Source: Chthoniobacterales bacterium (lineage in GTDB: Bacteria > Verrucomicrobiota > Verrucomicrobiia > Chthoniobacterales > Chthoniobacteraceae). Taken from it: DNA of 64,000 bases. The translations under genes were made by a program, and so were the position numbers. Of this stretch, positions 48,635 to 59,133 are shown one piece after another (within the stretch, counting starts at the first letter, position 1; each line of letters starts with the position of its first letter). The notes under the pieces were generated by a model that was given only the letters and a program-made list of their open reading frames with translations, ran no database searches and had not been told where the DNA came from. The stretch covers positions 1 to 64,000 of the forward strand of contig JBBQZX010000001.1 of the NCBI GenBank assembly GCA_038207335.1, in the 5' to 3' direction.

Positions 48635-49015
48635 TTGGCTGCGGTAAATTCTAGTTCCGCCCGCTTGTCGAAATTCCGCTCCCATCCAATTTTCGTTTCG
48701 CTCGTGGTTTTCCTTTTGACGGCGGGCTACGGCGAACAACTTTTTGGGCAGTTCACGCGGCATCACCATGAGCGGGCCGTTCAATCCTGCGCGGTGGAAA
48801 ATGGGGAAGTGGGCGTGCATCAGGATCACGATGAGGACAGCCGTGAGAGCGGGGAGAGCGGCTGCTTGGAGCACATGAATGTGATTGGCATGCTGCAACA
48901 GCCGACGGCGGCGCTGATCGTGAATCGGCGGCAGGTGGGCATCGTGGCGGCGGGCGCGGCGAGCCGGGTGGAGGCGCCGGTGCGGGGGATCGATTATCCG
49001 CCTCAGTTGAGTTAA
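48635..49015 (+). CDS. Small His/Cys-rich CzcI-like protein
   Basis: Signal/TM segment, RHHH..HQDHDE..CLEH, C-terminal IDYPPQLS. Upstream of czcC. Confidence 0.55.
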   Translation: MAAVNSSSARLSKFRSHPIFVSLVVFLLTAGYGEQLFGQFTRHHHERAVQSCAVENGEVGVHQDHDEDSRESGESGCLEHMNVIGMLQQPTAALIVNRRQVGIVAAGAASRVEAPVRGIDYPPQLS

Positions 49016-49169
49016 CCGGACGGCGGTGTGCCCTCGTGCTTTTGCGGCACGGCAGGGCGCGGGTCGTTTCTAAAAATCACGCGCGCATCTTCGCGCCGCG
49101 TGCCACTTCGCCGAGCGCCGTCGCGCTTCGCGTTCATCCACACGTCCCCGCTATTCGCATCTCACTTCC

Positions 49170-50483
49170 ATGAATTTTACCTTCCATTTCCGCGCACTCT
49201 CAAGCCGCATTTCCGGCCTCGCCGCGATACTCTTTTTCTCCGTCGCTGCCCTCGCTTTCTCCGAGGCCGTCACACTCGACGCGCTCGTTTCCGAGACCGT
49301 CGCGCGCAACCCCGAGCTGAAGTTTTACGAAGCTGAAATCGCAGCGGCACGCGGTGGGCGCACGACCGCTGGCGAGTGGGCGAACCCGGAATTAAGCGCG
49401 GAACTCGGGAGTAAAAAAGTGCGCGATCTCGGCGGAAACAAAGTCGGCGACGGACCGGCTTGGTCGGTGTCGCTCGCGCAGACCTTTGAGTTTCCCGGGC
49501 GCGTCAGCTTGAGAAAGGCGCTGGCGAATCGGCAGATCGAATTGGCGCAGTTCGGGCTCGAGCAATTCCGCGCGGCGCTGGCCGTGCGAGCCCGCTCGCT
49601 CGGCTACCGGTTGCTTGCCGCGCAGCAGCGTGCGGACGCGGCGCGCGGAGTCTCGCAGCGGTTTCAGGATTTGCTCTCGGTGCTCGTCCAGCGCGATGTG
49701 GCGGGGGTCGCGCCGCTGCTGGAGAGGCGCATCATCGAGGCGAGCGCATTCACGCTGGACCGGCGCGCGAGCGAGGCGTCGATCGAGGCGCGCAACGCGC
49801 AATTCGAGTTGAATCAGCTCCGCGGGCTGCCCGTTTCGACTCCTGTGGAAGTGGTGCGGGCGATTTTGCCGCTGAAAAATCCACCCGCGCTCGAACTCCT
49901 GATGGCCACCGCGCGCGAGCGAAATTTCGACATCCGCACGCGCATCGCGGAGCTTGAACAGCAAGGCCTGCGCGTGCAACTCAATCGGAATGAACGCTGG
50001 CCATCGGTGACGGTCAGGCCATTCGCCTCCTTTGAAAAAGGGGCGGACCGCGAGCGCACGATCGGACTCGGAGTGACCGTGCCGCTGCCGCTGCTCAGCC
50101 GAAACGCGGGCAACATCGCGACGGCAAAAGCACGGGAGGCGCAGGCCGAGGTTTCGCTGAATGTAGCGCTCCGCGAAGTCGAGCGGAAGATCGCCGCCGC
50201 GCTGCACGCGTACGAAACTTTTCTGGCGGAGATGGCGAAATGGCCGGCGGATGTTGCCGAGAAATTCGGCGACGCGGCGCGGATGGGGGACGAAAATTAC
50301 CGGCTCGGTGCGCTTCCGATCACAACCTACACCGAACTGCAAACGCAGTATCTGGACACCGTGGATGCGCTGCTTTCCACGCAAGCCGACGCGCTCGAAG
50401 CCCGGCAGCAACTCGAGCTCCTGACCGGACTGAACCTCGGCAACGCACCGGCTCCGGCGGCACAGAAAGCCTCCGGCAAATGA
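49170..50483 (+). CDS. czcC: TolC/CzcC-family outer membrane efflux protein
   Basis: Signal peptide, ARNPEL, NPEL, VPLPL..RNAGNI. ATGA overlap with czcA. Confidence 0.88.
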   Translation: MNFTFHFRALSSRISGLAAILFFSVAALAFSEAVTLDALVSETVARNPELKFYEAEIAAARGGRTTAGEWANPELSAELGSKKVRDLGGNKVGDGPAWSVSLAQTFEFPGRVSLRKALANRQIELAQFGLEQFRAALAVRARSLGYRLLAAQQRADAARGVSQRFQDLLSVLVQRDVAGVAPLLERRIIEASAFTLDRRASEASIEARNAQFELNQLRGLPVSTPVEVVRAILPLKNPPALELLMATARERNFDIRTRIAELEQQGLRVQLNRNERWPSVTVRPFASFEKGADRERTIGLGVTVPLPLLSRNAGNIATAKAREAQAEVSLNVALREVERKIAAALHAYETFLAEMAKWPADVAEKFGDAARMGDENYRLGALPITTYTELQTQYLDTVDALLSTQADALEARQQLELLTGLNLGNAPAPAAQKASGK

Positions 50484-53400
50484 TCGACAAAATTCTCGAG
50501 TTCTCGATGCGGCAGCGGGCGCTCGTCCTGCTGGCCGCGCTCGGCCTCCTCGGCGGCGGGCTGTGGTCCGCGTGGCATCTGCCGATCGATGCTGTGCCGG
50601 ACATCACCGGCGTGCAGGTGCAGGTGAATACCGAGGTCTCGGCGCTCGCCGCGGAGGAGTCTGAAAAGCTCATCACGAGGCCGATCGAGGTGGAACTCGC
50701 GGGTCTGCCCGGCGTGGAGGAAATGCGTTCGTTGACGAAGTTCGGCCTCTCGCAAGTCACGCTCCAATTCGCCGACGGCACCGATATTTTCGGCGCACGG
50801 CAGCTCGTTGCCGAGCGCCTGCAAAATGCCGCCGAGCAACTGCCGCCGGGCACCGCACCGAAGCTCGCGCCGATCAGCACCGGACTCGGAGAAATCTTCT
50901 ACTACACCGTCCAATACAAGCCCGGCGCGAAGCGGCCCGACACCGAGCTGGAGCAGCTTATGGAGCTGACGGAAATCCAGGAATACACGATCAAGCCGCT
51001 CCTGCGCACCGTGCCCGGCATCGCTGAAATCAACGGCACCGGAGGCTACGAAAAGCAATACGAGATCCAGCCGAAACCAGCCGCGCTGGAGGCGGCGGGC
51101 ATGACTTTCAGCGAGCTCGCGGAGATCATCGAGCAGAACGTGGAGAACGCGGGCGGCGGCATAATCAGCCGCGGCGGACAGCAGCTCACGATCCGCGCGG
51201 TCAGCCGCGTCACGACGCCGGAGGAGATCGGCAACCTGCCGATCAAATTCGGCGCGGCGGTGCAACCGCTCATGGTGAAGGACGTCGCCGAGGTCACTTT
51301 CGGCACGAAATTTCGCACCGGCGCGGCGACGCTGAACGGACGCGAGGCGGTGATCGGCACGACGCTCATGCTCTCCGGCGAGAACAGCCGCGAGATCGGC
51401 GAGCGGGTGAAAAAGCGCATCGCCGAGATACAGACGAAACTCCCGGAAGGCGTAGAAATGGCGGTGCAATACGACCGCTCCGAGCTGATCGACCGCACCA
51501 TCGGCACGGTGAAAAAAAACCTGTTCGAGGGCGCGATCCTCGTGGTGGTCGTGCTGCTCGCGCTGCTCGGAAACTGGCGCGCGGCGCTCATCGTCGCTTG
51601 CGCCATCCCGCTGTCGTTTCTGTTCGCGCTGGCCGGCATGTTGAAAGGCGGCGTCTCGGGAAATCTGATGAGTCTCGGCGCGGTCGATTTCGGCCTCATC
51701 ATCGACGGTGCGGTGGTCATCGTGGAGAACATCGTGCGCCAGCTCGGAGCCCGTCAGCACAAGCTCGGACGGGCGCTCACGGCTGAGGAGCGCGCGCACG
51801 TCGTGCTCACCGCGAGCAAGGAAGTCGGGTCCCCGATGTTTTTCGGCGTCGTCATCATCACGATCGTCTATATCCCGATTTTGGCGCTCACCGGCATCGA
51901 GGGGAAAATGTTTCACCCGATGGCGATCACCGTGATGCTCGCGCTCGCCGGCGCGCTGCTCCTCGCGCTCACGCTCATGCCGGTGCTCTGCTCGTTTTTG
52001 CTGCGCGGGAAAATCCACGAGGGCGACAATTTCCTCATGCGTGTGGCTCGGCGCATCTACGAACCGACGCTGCGCGCGGCGCTGAAGCTGCGCTGGATCG
52101 TGTTGCTCGCCGCGGCGCTGCTCTTCGCGGGGACGATCGTTTTGTTCAATCGTCTCGGCGCGGAATTCGTCCCGACGCTCGATGAAGGATCGATCGCTGC
52201 GATGCTCTACAAGCCTGTGGGAATGAGCCTCGAGGAATCGCTGCGCACCGACATCGAGGTGGAAAATGCAGTGCTCGCGCAGTTCCCGGAGGTGACGCGA
52301 ATTTTCTCGCGCATCGGCTCGAGCGAGATCGCGACCGACCCGATGCCGGTGAATGAAAGCGACGTGTATATTTTCTACAAACCGCTCGAGGAATGGGCGC
52401 GGACGCCGGGGCGTCCGACGACGAAAGCCGAGCTGAGCGAGCAGCTCGACGCGGCGCTCAAAAAGATCAATTCCGAGTACGACATTCTCTTCGCGCAGCC
52501 GATCGAAATGCGGTTCAACGAAATGCTCGAAGGGACCAAGGCCGAACTTGCGGTGAAGATTTTCGGCACCGACTACGAAGTGCTCGAAAAGCTCGCGACG
52601 GAGGTCAAAGAAATCCTCGAATCCACGCCGGGCGTGGCGCAGGTGGAATACGAAACGGAGGGCCGCACGCCGCAGCTCCAGATCGAGGTGAAACGGGACG
52701 CGCTCCAGCGCTACGGGATGCAGGCGGGCGAGGTGAACAAGGCGGTCAGCGCGGCGCTCGGCGGGCAAATCGCGGGCAGCGTGCTCGATGGGAATCGCCG
52801 CCGCAGCATCGTCGTGCGGATGCCCGAGGCATTGCGCGCCGACGATGAGCAGATCAAAAAGCTGCCGCTGCGCGTGGGGCAAAATGGACTCGTCCCGCTC
52901 GGCAGCGTGGTCGATTTCAAGACCGGGGAAACGGTCGAGCCGATCCTGCGCGACAATGGACAACGCCGGGCCGCGCTGATGGTGAATGTCGGCGCGCGTG
53001 ACCTCGAGGGATTCGTGCGCGACGCCGAGCAGCGGATCAAGGAACAGGTGCGACTTCCCGAGAACTACATCGTCGAATTCGGCGGGCAGTTTGAGAATTT
53101 GCAGGAAGCGCGCACGCGTCTTGCGGTCGTCGTGCCCTCGGCGCTCGTGCTCATTTTCATCCTCATTTTCCTGGCATTCGGCAGCGTGCGGCAGGCGCTC
53201 ATCGTCTATTCCGGCATCCCTCTCGCAGTGACCGGCGGAGTCGCGGCACTCGCGATTCGCGATATGCCATTTTCGATCACCGCGGCGGTCGGCCTCATCG
53301 CGCTGAGTGGCGTCGCGGTGCTGAACGGCCTCGTGCTCGTGACCTATTTCAATCAGCTCCGCGAGCAGGGCCGGGCGATCCGCGATGCCGTGCTGGAGGG

Positions 53401-53644
53401 CTCGTTCACGCGCCTGCGTCCGGTACTGATGACCGCGCTCGTCGCGTCGCTCGGATTCGTCCCGATGGCGCTCGCGACCGGCGCGGGAGCCGAGGTGCAG
53501 CGCCCGCTCGCGACGGTGGTGATCGGCGGCATCCTCAGCTCGACGGTCCTCACGCTCATCCTGCTGCCCCTGCTTTACGCGATGTTCGAGCGCGAGCCGG
53601 CTGGGAAAAATTTAGGAAGTGAGATTTCGGATTCAGGGAGTTAA
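50480..53644 (+). CDS. czcA: CzcA/CusA-family heavy-metal RND permease
   Basis: LPIDAVPDIT, MSLGAVDFGLIIDGAVVIVEN (divalent-type TM4), RLRPVLMTA, GAEVQRPLA. True start is ATG 50480. Confidence 0.95.
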   Translation: MIDKILEFSMRQRALVLLAALGLLGGGLWSAWHLPIDAVPDITGVQVQVNTEVSALAAEESEKLITRPIEVELAGLPGVEEMRSLTKFGLSQVTLQFADGTDIFGARQLVAERLQNAAEQLPPGTAPKLAPISTGLGEIFYYTVQYKPGAKRPDTELEQLMELTEIQEYTIKPLLRTVPGIAEINGTGGYEKQYEIQPKPAALEAAGMTFSELAEIIEQNVENAGGGIISRGGQQLTIRAVSRVTTPEEIGNLPIKFGAAVQPLMVKDVAEVTFGTKFRTGAATLNGREAVIGTTLMLSGENSREIGERVKKRIAEIQTKLPEGVEMAVQYDRSELIDRTIGTVKKNLFEGAILVVVVLLALLGNWRAALIVACAIPLSFLFALAGMLKGGVSGNLMSLGAVDFGLIIDGAVVIVENIVRQLGARQHKLGRALTAEERAHVVLTASKEVGSPMFFGVVIITIVYIPILALTGIEGKMFHPMAITVMLALAGALLLALTLMPVLCSFLLRGKIHEGDNFLMRVARRIYEPTLRAALKLRWIVLLAAALLFAGTIVLFNRLGAEFVPTLDEGSIAAMLYKPVGMSLEESLRTDIEVENAVLAQFPEVTRIFSRIGSSEIATDPMPVNESDVYIFYKPLEEWARTPGRPTTKAELSEQLDAALKKINSEYDILFAQPIEMRFNEMLEGTKAELAVKIFGTDYEVLEKLATEVKEILESTPGVAQVEYETEGRTPQLQIEVKRDALQRYGMQAGEVNKAVSAALGGQIAGSVLDGNRRRSIVVRMPEALRADDEQIKKLPLRVGQNGLVPLGSVVDFKTGETVEPILRDNGQRRAALMVNVGARDLEGFVRDAEQRIKEQVRLPENYIVEFGGQFENLQEARTRLAVVVPSALVLIFILIFLAFGSVRQALIVYSGIPLAVTGGVAALAIRDMPFSITAAVGLIALSGVAVLNGLVLVTYFNQLREQGRAIRDAVLEGSFTRLRPVLMTALVASLGFVPMALATGAGAEVQRPLATVVIGGILSSTVLTLILLPLLYAMFEREPAGKNLGSEISDSGS

Positions 53645-53694
53645 GAGCGCGTCCGTTTCACTTCCTAAATCTCCCTTCTTCCTTCCTAAATTTT
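53607..53694. repeat. AT-rich inverted repeat with a duplicated right arm
   Basis: ATTTAGGAAGTGA (53610-53622) pairs with TCACTTCCTAAAT (53658-53670). AAAATTTAGGAAG (53607-53619) pairs with CTTCCTAAATTTT (53682-53694). Confidence 0.75.
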
Positions 53695-53698
53695 CTCC

Positions 53699-55066
53699 AT
53701 GTGGCACGGCCGATTCAAAGAACAGACAGCGGAACTTTTGCAGCGATTCAGCGAGTCGATCAGCTTCGATTGGCGGCTGTGGGCGCATGACATCGAGGGG
53801 TCGATCGCGCATTCCGCGGCGCTGGAAAAGGCGGGGCTGATAACGGCGGAGGAACGCGAGAGAATCGTCGCGGGGCTGCTCGAGATCGGCGGGGAGATCG
53901 AGCGCGGGGAGTTTCAGTTCAAGATCGAACTGGAAGACATCCACATGAACATCGAGGCCGAGCTCACGCGCCGCATCGGCGCGCCGGGGGCGAAGCTGCA
54001 CACCGCGCGCAGCCGCAACGACCAAGTCGCGCTCGACCTGCGGCTTTACCTCCGCGCGGAATCGGATGCGCTCGTGCTTTCGCTCCGCGAAATGCAGCGC
54101 GCGCTGGTGGATCTCGGCGCTCGGCACAGCGACGTGATCATCCCCGGCTACACACATCTGCAGCGTGCGCAGCCCGTTTTTTTCGCGCACCATTTGCTCG
54201 CGTATGTCGAGATGTTCGACCGCGATATCGGGCGCATTCGCGACTGCCGAGCGCGGCTGAATGTCATGCCACTCGGCTCGGGCGCGATCGCCGGATCGAC
54301 CATCCTGCTCGATCGCGAGTTGATCGCGCGGCTGCTCGACTTTCCCGCGGTGACGCAAAACTCGATGGATGCGGTGAGCGACCGCGACTTCGCGGTGGAG
54401 TTGCTCGCCGCGCTGGCGCTCGTCGCCACGCATCTTTCGCGGTTGAGTGAGGACGTGATTTTGTGGGCGTCGAGCGAGTTCAAATTCATCACGATCAGCG
54501 ATGCGTTCACGACCGGCAGCTCGCTGATGCCGCAGAAGAAAAATCCCGATGTGGCAGAGTTGACGCGCGGAAAAGCGGGCCGCGTATTTGGCAATCTGCT
54601 GTCTCTGCTGACGACGCTGAAAGGGCTCCCGATGACCTACAATCGGGACATGCAAGAGGACAAGGAACCGGTCTTCGACTCGATCGAGACGGTCAAAAAC
54701 GCGCTCGCGATTTTCACCGCGATGCTGGCCGGAATCCGTGCAAATCCCGAGCCGTGCGCTGCTGCCGTGGCCGACCCGATGCTGCTCGCGACCGACCTCG
54801 CAGATTACCTCGTGAATCGTGGCGTGCCGTTTCGGCAAGCACACGAAGTCATCGGGAAAGCGGTCGCGCTCTGCGGCACGCGCCGCTGCGATTTGCCGCA
54901 GCTCACGCTCGAGGATTTCCGCGCGCTCTCGCCCGCGTTCGAGCTCGATGTTTTTGCGATGTTGGATCTGAAAAATGCGATGGCCGCACGGCAGGGAATT
55001 GGTGCGCCATCGCCGCAAAATATCGCCGCGCAGCTCGCTCGATGGACCGCAGCGCTGGCGGTCTAA
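53699..55066 (+). CDS. argH: Argininosuccinate lyase
   Basis: MWHGRF, EDIHMNIE, HTARSRNDQ, GYTHLQRAQP, GSSLMPQKKNPD. Confidence 0.98.
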   Translation: MWHGRFKEQTAELLQRFSESISFDWRLWAHDIEGSIAHSAALEKAGLITAEERERIVAGLLEIGGEIERGEFQFKIELEDIHMNIEAELTRRIGAPGAKLHTARSRNDQVALDLRLYLRAESDALVLSLREMQRALVDLGARHSDVIIPGYTHLQRAQPVFFAHHLLAYVEMFDRDIGRIRDCRARLNVMPLGSGAIAGSTILLDRELIARLLDFPAVTQNSMDAVSDRDFAVELLAALALVATHLSRLSEDVILWASSEFKFITISDAFTTGSSLMPQKKNPDVAELTRGKAGRVFGNLLSLLTTLKGLPMTYNRDMQEDKEPVFDSIETVKNALAIFTAMLAGIRANPEPCAAAVADPMLLATDLADYLVNRGVPFRQAHEVIGKAVALCGTRRCDLPQLTLEDFRALSPAFELDVFAMLDLKNAMAARQGIGAPSPQNIAAQLARWTAALAV

Positions 55067-55071
55067 AATTC

Positions 55072-55776
55072 TTACAAGTCCGGACCGACGTTGCCGTACG
55101 CGTGGACTTTTTCACAAATGAGGCGGAGCTGGCTTTCCAGGTCTCCGCTGGCGGTTTTGAACGCGTCCGCGTCGATCGTCAGCGGCGCTCCTAGGACGAC
55201 GAGCGGCGCGCCGTATTCGGGCGTACGCATCGCTTGCTCAATGCTGAGGCCACCGACTGCTTGGACTGGAATTTCGACCGCGGCGACGACTTCGCGGAGC
55301 TGGTCGAGCGGGCTCGGGCAGCGGCCTCCGGCGGCGACGATTCCACGCCGCTCGTCGTAGCCGATGTGATGGATCACGTAATCGCAACCCAAGTTCTGAA
55401 GCCGTCTCGCGGACGCTACCATGTCGGGGGCGCCGAGATTGTCGCCCATGATTTTGATCCCAAAATCACGCCCGGCTTGCACAACGACTTTGATCGTCTC
55501 GGCGTGTGCGCGCTCCATCACGACGACGTGAGTTGCGCCCGCTTTCGCCATCAATTTCGCCTCCAGCCAGCCGCCATCCATGGTCTTCAAATCGGCCACG
55601 ATCGGCACGTCTGGAAACTCGCGGCGTAGGGCTCGCACACCGTGCATCCCTTCTGAAATGATGAGCGGCGTGCCAGCCTCCAGCCAATCGACGCCGGCGC
55701 GCAGCGCCATGTGCGCGGTGTCGAGCGCCTCGGGAATTTCGGTCAGGTCGAGCGAGATTTGGACGATGGTTTGCAT
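55072..55776 (-). CDS. OMP decarboxylase/HUMPS family protein (hexulose-6-phosphate synthase-like)
   Basis: QISLD, EAGTPL, ADLKTMDGG, HIGYD, AVGGL. Confidence 0.85.
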   Translation of the reverse strand: MQTIVQISLDLTEIPEALDTAHMALRAGVDWLEAGTPLIISEGMHGVRALRREFPDVPIVADLKTMDGGWLEAKLMAKAGATHVVVMERAHAETIKVVVQAGRDFGIKIMGDNLGAPDMVASARRLQNLGCDYVIHHIGYDERRGIVAAGGRCPSPLDQLREVVAAVEIPVQAVGGLSIEQAMRTPEYGAPLVVLGAPLTIDADAFKTASGDLESQLRLICEKVHAYGNVGPDL

Positions 55777-55826
55777 GTTTGGCTGCGGTTTACATCGGCG
55801 TGCGCGCGTGGTCGAGTGACGGTGTT

Positions 55827-56486
55827 TTGAAAGCCATCGCGCAGTGTCATTTTTACGGAATCGTCGATCTCGGATACGTCGCCGCAGGCGATGCGCTGAC
55901 GGCTGCTGAGCAAATGATTGAGGGAGGCGTGGACATCATTCAGCTCCGTGCCAAAGGCGCATCGGAGGCTGAAATTGAGACGCTCGGGCAGTGCCTGCTG
56001 ACGGTCACGGAACCCGCTGGAATCCCGCTGATCGTGAACGATTTTCCTCAACTTGTGCCCGCGATCGGCGCGGCGGGAGCGCATGTCGGGCAGGACGATT
56101 TTTCGGTTGAAGATGCGCGCTGGCGGGCAGGCCGCGCGCTGTCCGATGAGGTGCCGCTTCCGCTGATCGGAAAATCGACGCACAGCATCGAACAGGCAGT
56201 CGCCTCGGAGCGTGAGGGCGCGGACTACATCGGCTTTGGCCCGCTCTTTTCCACGTCGACAAAACCGGGCCGCCCCGCGATCGGCCTCGACGACATCCGG
56301 CGCGTCCATGAGCTCGTGACCATCCCGATTTTCTGCATCGGCGGCATCAAGCTCGAGAACCTCGAAACCGTCCTCTCCGCCGGCGCGCGCCGCGTGGTCA
56401 TCGTCTCGGGAATCCTGCAGGCGCCGGACATCGCGGCTTACTGCCGCGAGGCGCGTCGGCGACTGGACTCCGCATTTAGCGTTTGA
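55827..56486 (+). CDS. thiE: Thiamine-phosphate synthase
   Basis: IQLRAK, LIVND, HVGQDD, IGKSTHS, DYIGFGP..TK, IGGI. Start uncertain (55779-55827). Confidence 0.93.
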   Translation: MKAIAQCHFYGIVDLGYVAAGDALTAAEQMIEGGVDIIQLRAKGASEAEIETLGQCLLTVTEPAGIPLIVNDFPQLVPAIGAAGAHVGQDDFSVEDARWRAGRALSDEVPLPLIGKSTHSIEQAVASEREGADYIGFGPLFSTSTKPGRPAIGLDDIRRVHELVTIPIFCIGGIKLENLETVLSAGARRVVIVSGILQAPDIAAYCREARRRLDSAFSV

Positions 56487-56561
56487 GCCGTCGAAACCGC
56501 GCCGCTACAGCATCCGCACTCCGCACTTCCTCAATCCCAAATCTTACTTCCTAAATTCTCC

Positions 56562-57476
56562 ATGCCCGTTCTCGTCGTTGGTTCCGTCGCACTCGATACC
56601 GTTAAAACACCCGTCGAGGAGCATGCCGATTTGCTCGGCGGCTCGGCGTCGTATGCCTCGGTGGGCGCGAGTTTTTTCACGGATGTGAATCTCGTCGGAG
56701 TGGTCGGGAGCGATTTTCCAAAAGCGCATGTGGACTACTTTCGCACGCGGAAAATCGACCTCGCGGGCTTGCAAACCGTTGAGGGGAAAACGTTCCGCTG
56801 GTCGGGCGAATACATGTGGGATTTGAACACCCGCGAAACCCGCAGTGTAGAGCTGAACGTCTTCGAGCATTTCACGCCGACGCTGCCCCCCGGGTATGCT
56901 GAGACGCCGTTCGTTTTGCTCGCGAATATCGCGCCGTCTTTGCAAAGCCATGTGCTCGATCAGATGCAGAAACCGCGGTTCGTGATTGCCGACACGATGG
57001 ACCTGTGGATCAACATCGCGAACGATGATTTATGCGCGCTGCTGCCGCGCGTGGACATGCTGATTTTAAACGACGGCGAGGCGCGGCAATTCACGGGCGA
57101 GACGAGCCTGATCAAGGCTGGGGCAAAGATCCGGGCGCTCGGACCGAAATATGTGGCGATCAAAAAAGGGGAGCATGGGTGCCTGCTTTTCGGTGAAAAC
57201 GAGTTCTTCAGTGCGGGCGCGTATCCGCTCGAGGACATCCACGATCCGACGGGTGCGGGAGACACTTTTGCCGGCGGTCTCGCCGGTTATCTCGCGGCGC
57301 AAAATCAAGGTGCGGTGACTTTCGCGCAGCTCCGAAAAGCGGTGGTCGCGGGGAGCGTGCTGGCGAGTTTCAACGTCGAGGCATTCAGTCTCGAACGGCT
57401 CCGCACTTTGACCCAAAACGACATCGACGAGCGGTATGAAATGTTCCGGCTGATGAGCCAGTTCGAGGTGCTCTAA
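56562..57476 (+). CDS. PfkB-family carbohydrate kinase
   Basis: [29 protein letters not shown]. Confidence 0.93.
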   Translation: MPVLVVGSVALDTVKTPVEEHADLLGGSASYASVGASFFTDVNLVGVVGSDFPKAHVDYFRTRKIDLAGLQTVEGKTFRWSGEYMWDLNTRETRSVELNVFEHFTPTLPPGYAETPFVLLANIAPSLQSHVLDQMQKPRFVIADTMDLWINIANDDLCALLPRVDMLILNDGEARQFTGETSLIKAGAKIRALGPKYVAIKKGEHGCLLFGENEFFSAGAYPLEDIHDPTGAGDTFAGGLAGYLAAQNQGAVTFAQLRKAVVAGSVLASFNVEAFSLERLRTLTQNDIDERYEMFRLMSQFEVL

Positions 57477-57496
57477 CCTTTTTAAAAATACTCCAA

Positions 57497-58453
57497 ATGT
57501 TCACTCGCTCCGATTCTCATCCCATCTCGGTCGTCACTGGCGGTGCCGGTTTTCTCGGCTCTCATCTCACAGACCGGCTGCTGGCCGAGGGGCATCGCGT
57601 GATCGGGCTCGACAACTTCATCACCGGCAAGACCGCGAACATCGAGCACCTTGCTGGTAACGAGAATTACAAGTTCATCAAGCAGGACGTTTCCAATTAC
57701 ATTTTCCTGCCGGACGACGTGGATTTCGTGTTCCATTTCGCCTCTCCGGCGAGCCCGATCGACTACCTCGAATTTCCGATCCCGACGCTGAAGGTCGGTG
57801 CGCTCGGCACGCATAACACGCTCGGCCTCGCGAAAGCGAAGGGCGCGACTTTTCTCCTCGCCTCGACGAGCGAATGCTACGGCGATCCGCTCGTGCATCC
57901 GCAGCGCGAGGATTACTGGGGGAACGTGAATCCCATTGGCCCGCGCGGCGTTTACGACGAGGCGAAGCGGTTCGCGGAAGCGATCACGATGGCCTACCAC
58001 CGCTACCATCATGTCGATTCGAAAATCGTACGTATCTTCAATACGTACGGCCCGCGGATGCGGCTGCGCGACGGGCGCGTAGTGCCGGCATTCATCGGCC
58101 AGGCGCTGCGCGGCGAACCGCTCACGATTTTTGGCGATGGCTCACAGACACGTTCGTTCTGCTTCGTGAGCGATCTTGTGGATGGGATTTTCAAGCTCGC
58201 CATGTCCGATTTTCACGAGCCTGTGAACATCGGAAATCCGCGCGAAATGACGATCAAGCAGTTCGCCGAGGAGATTAAAAATCTCACTGGCGCGGCGTCT
58301 GAAATTGAGTTCCACCCACTGCCGGTGGATGACCCGAAAGTGCGGCAACCGGACATCACTCGGGCAAGGAGCGTATTGAATTGGGAGCCGCGCGTTGCCT
58401 TTGAAGACGGCATTCGCGCGACGATCGATTTTTTCAAAACGCGACTGGATTGA
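57497..58453 (+). CDS. UDP-glucuronate decarboxylase (UDP-xylose synthase)-like SDR
   Basis: [63 protein letters not shown]. Confidence 0.9.
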   Translation: MFTRSDSHPISVVTGGAGFLGSHLTDRLLAEGHRVIGLDNFITGKTANIEHLAGNENYKFIKQDVSNYIFLPDDVDFVFHFASPASPIDYLEFPIPTLKVGALGTHNTLGLAKAKGATFLLASTSECYGDPLVHPQREDYWGNVNPIGPRGVYDEAKRFAEAITMAYHRYHHVDSKIVRIFNTYGPRMRLRDGRVVPAFIGQALRGEPLTIFGDGSQTRSFCFVSDLVDGIFKLAMSDFHEPVNIGNPREMTIKQFAEEIKNLTGAASEIEFHPLPVDDPKVRQPDITRARSVLNWEPRVAFEDGIRATIDFFKTRLD

Positions 58454-58546
58454 GTTTTTCGGCACTTTTTTCTAGCCAAGGAAAAGCATTTGTTTCAGAT
58501 AACTCCCCTCCCTCCCGTTCCCGCAGCCTCCCACCAACTCCCTGCC

Positions 58547-59107
58547 ATGAAATATCTCTTTCTCTCCATCGTCGCAGTTTTCGGGCTCAGCCTCACTGCT
58601 TCTGCTCAGGTGCCAGTTGGTCCAGGTTCGGTGAAGCTGGGCAAGGTGCAGCCGGCGATCATCAAGACACCGGAGTTTCAGATCACCGGCGGGCAGAACA
58701 AACGCTACAAGCTCGGCGACTGGCTCGAGGTCGAGGTCGAGTTCGAGACTAAGCCGGAGGATGTCGACGAACTAACTTTCAAATACACGATCCTTTTCGA
58801 GAAGAAGCTCCTCGATGGCGAGGTGACGCACGTCAGCATCCCGAAAGGTCGCGACCATTATTCCGTGATGTATGTGGCGCCGCGGACGCTTGATCGGCTG
58901 ACTGGCGGAAAGGCAATTACGCCCGGGAGCATCGAGAATATTTGGATCGAAGTCTCGCGCCAGGGGCAGGTGCTCGACAAAGCGAGCTTTCGTCCGGGCG
59001 CGGTGCCGAACGTGCCGCATCTGACCGGCTATGTTATGAACAAGAGCGAGACGCCTTTCGCGGCGCTCTACTTCGATCGCTACGAGGCGATCAAACACAA
59101 ACCGTAG
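58547..59107 (+). CDS. Amuc_1102-like secreted pilus-system protein
   Basis: Signal peptide, WLEVEVEF, C-terminal KSETPFAALYFDRYE. First gene of the pilM-to-secretin operon. Confidence 0.7.
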   Translation: MKYLFLSIVAVFGLSLTASAQVPVGPGSVKLGKVQPAIIKTPEFQITGGQNKRYKLGDWLEVEVEFETKPEDVDELTFKYTILFEKKLLDGEVTHVSIPKGRDHYSVMYVAPRTLDRLTGGKAITPGSIENIWIEVSRQGQVLDKASFRPGAVPNVPHLTGYVMNKSETPFAALYFDRYEAIKHKP

Positions 59108-59133
59108 CAGTCCTCAGGCGGAACTTTTAATTC

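Noticed and set aside
50240..50479. N-terminal extension of CzcA as a fused or vestigial CzcB
   Set aside because: It is an off-frame reading of the czcC 3' end. CzcA begins with MIDKIL at 50480.
50327..52963. Long antisense ORFs (this one, 9071-11026, 1906-3249, 35257-36609, 53633-55018 and others)
   Set aside because: These are shadow frames of well-supported genes, expected in high-GC DNA, and they carry no motifs.
55072..55776. Evidence for RuMP methylotrophy
   Set aside because: There is no hxlB or C1-oxidation gene nearby, and the family includes other activities.
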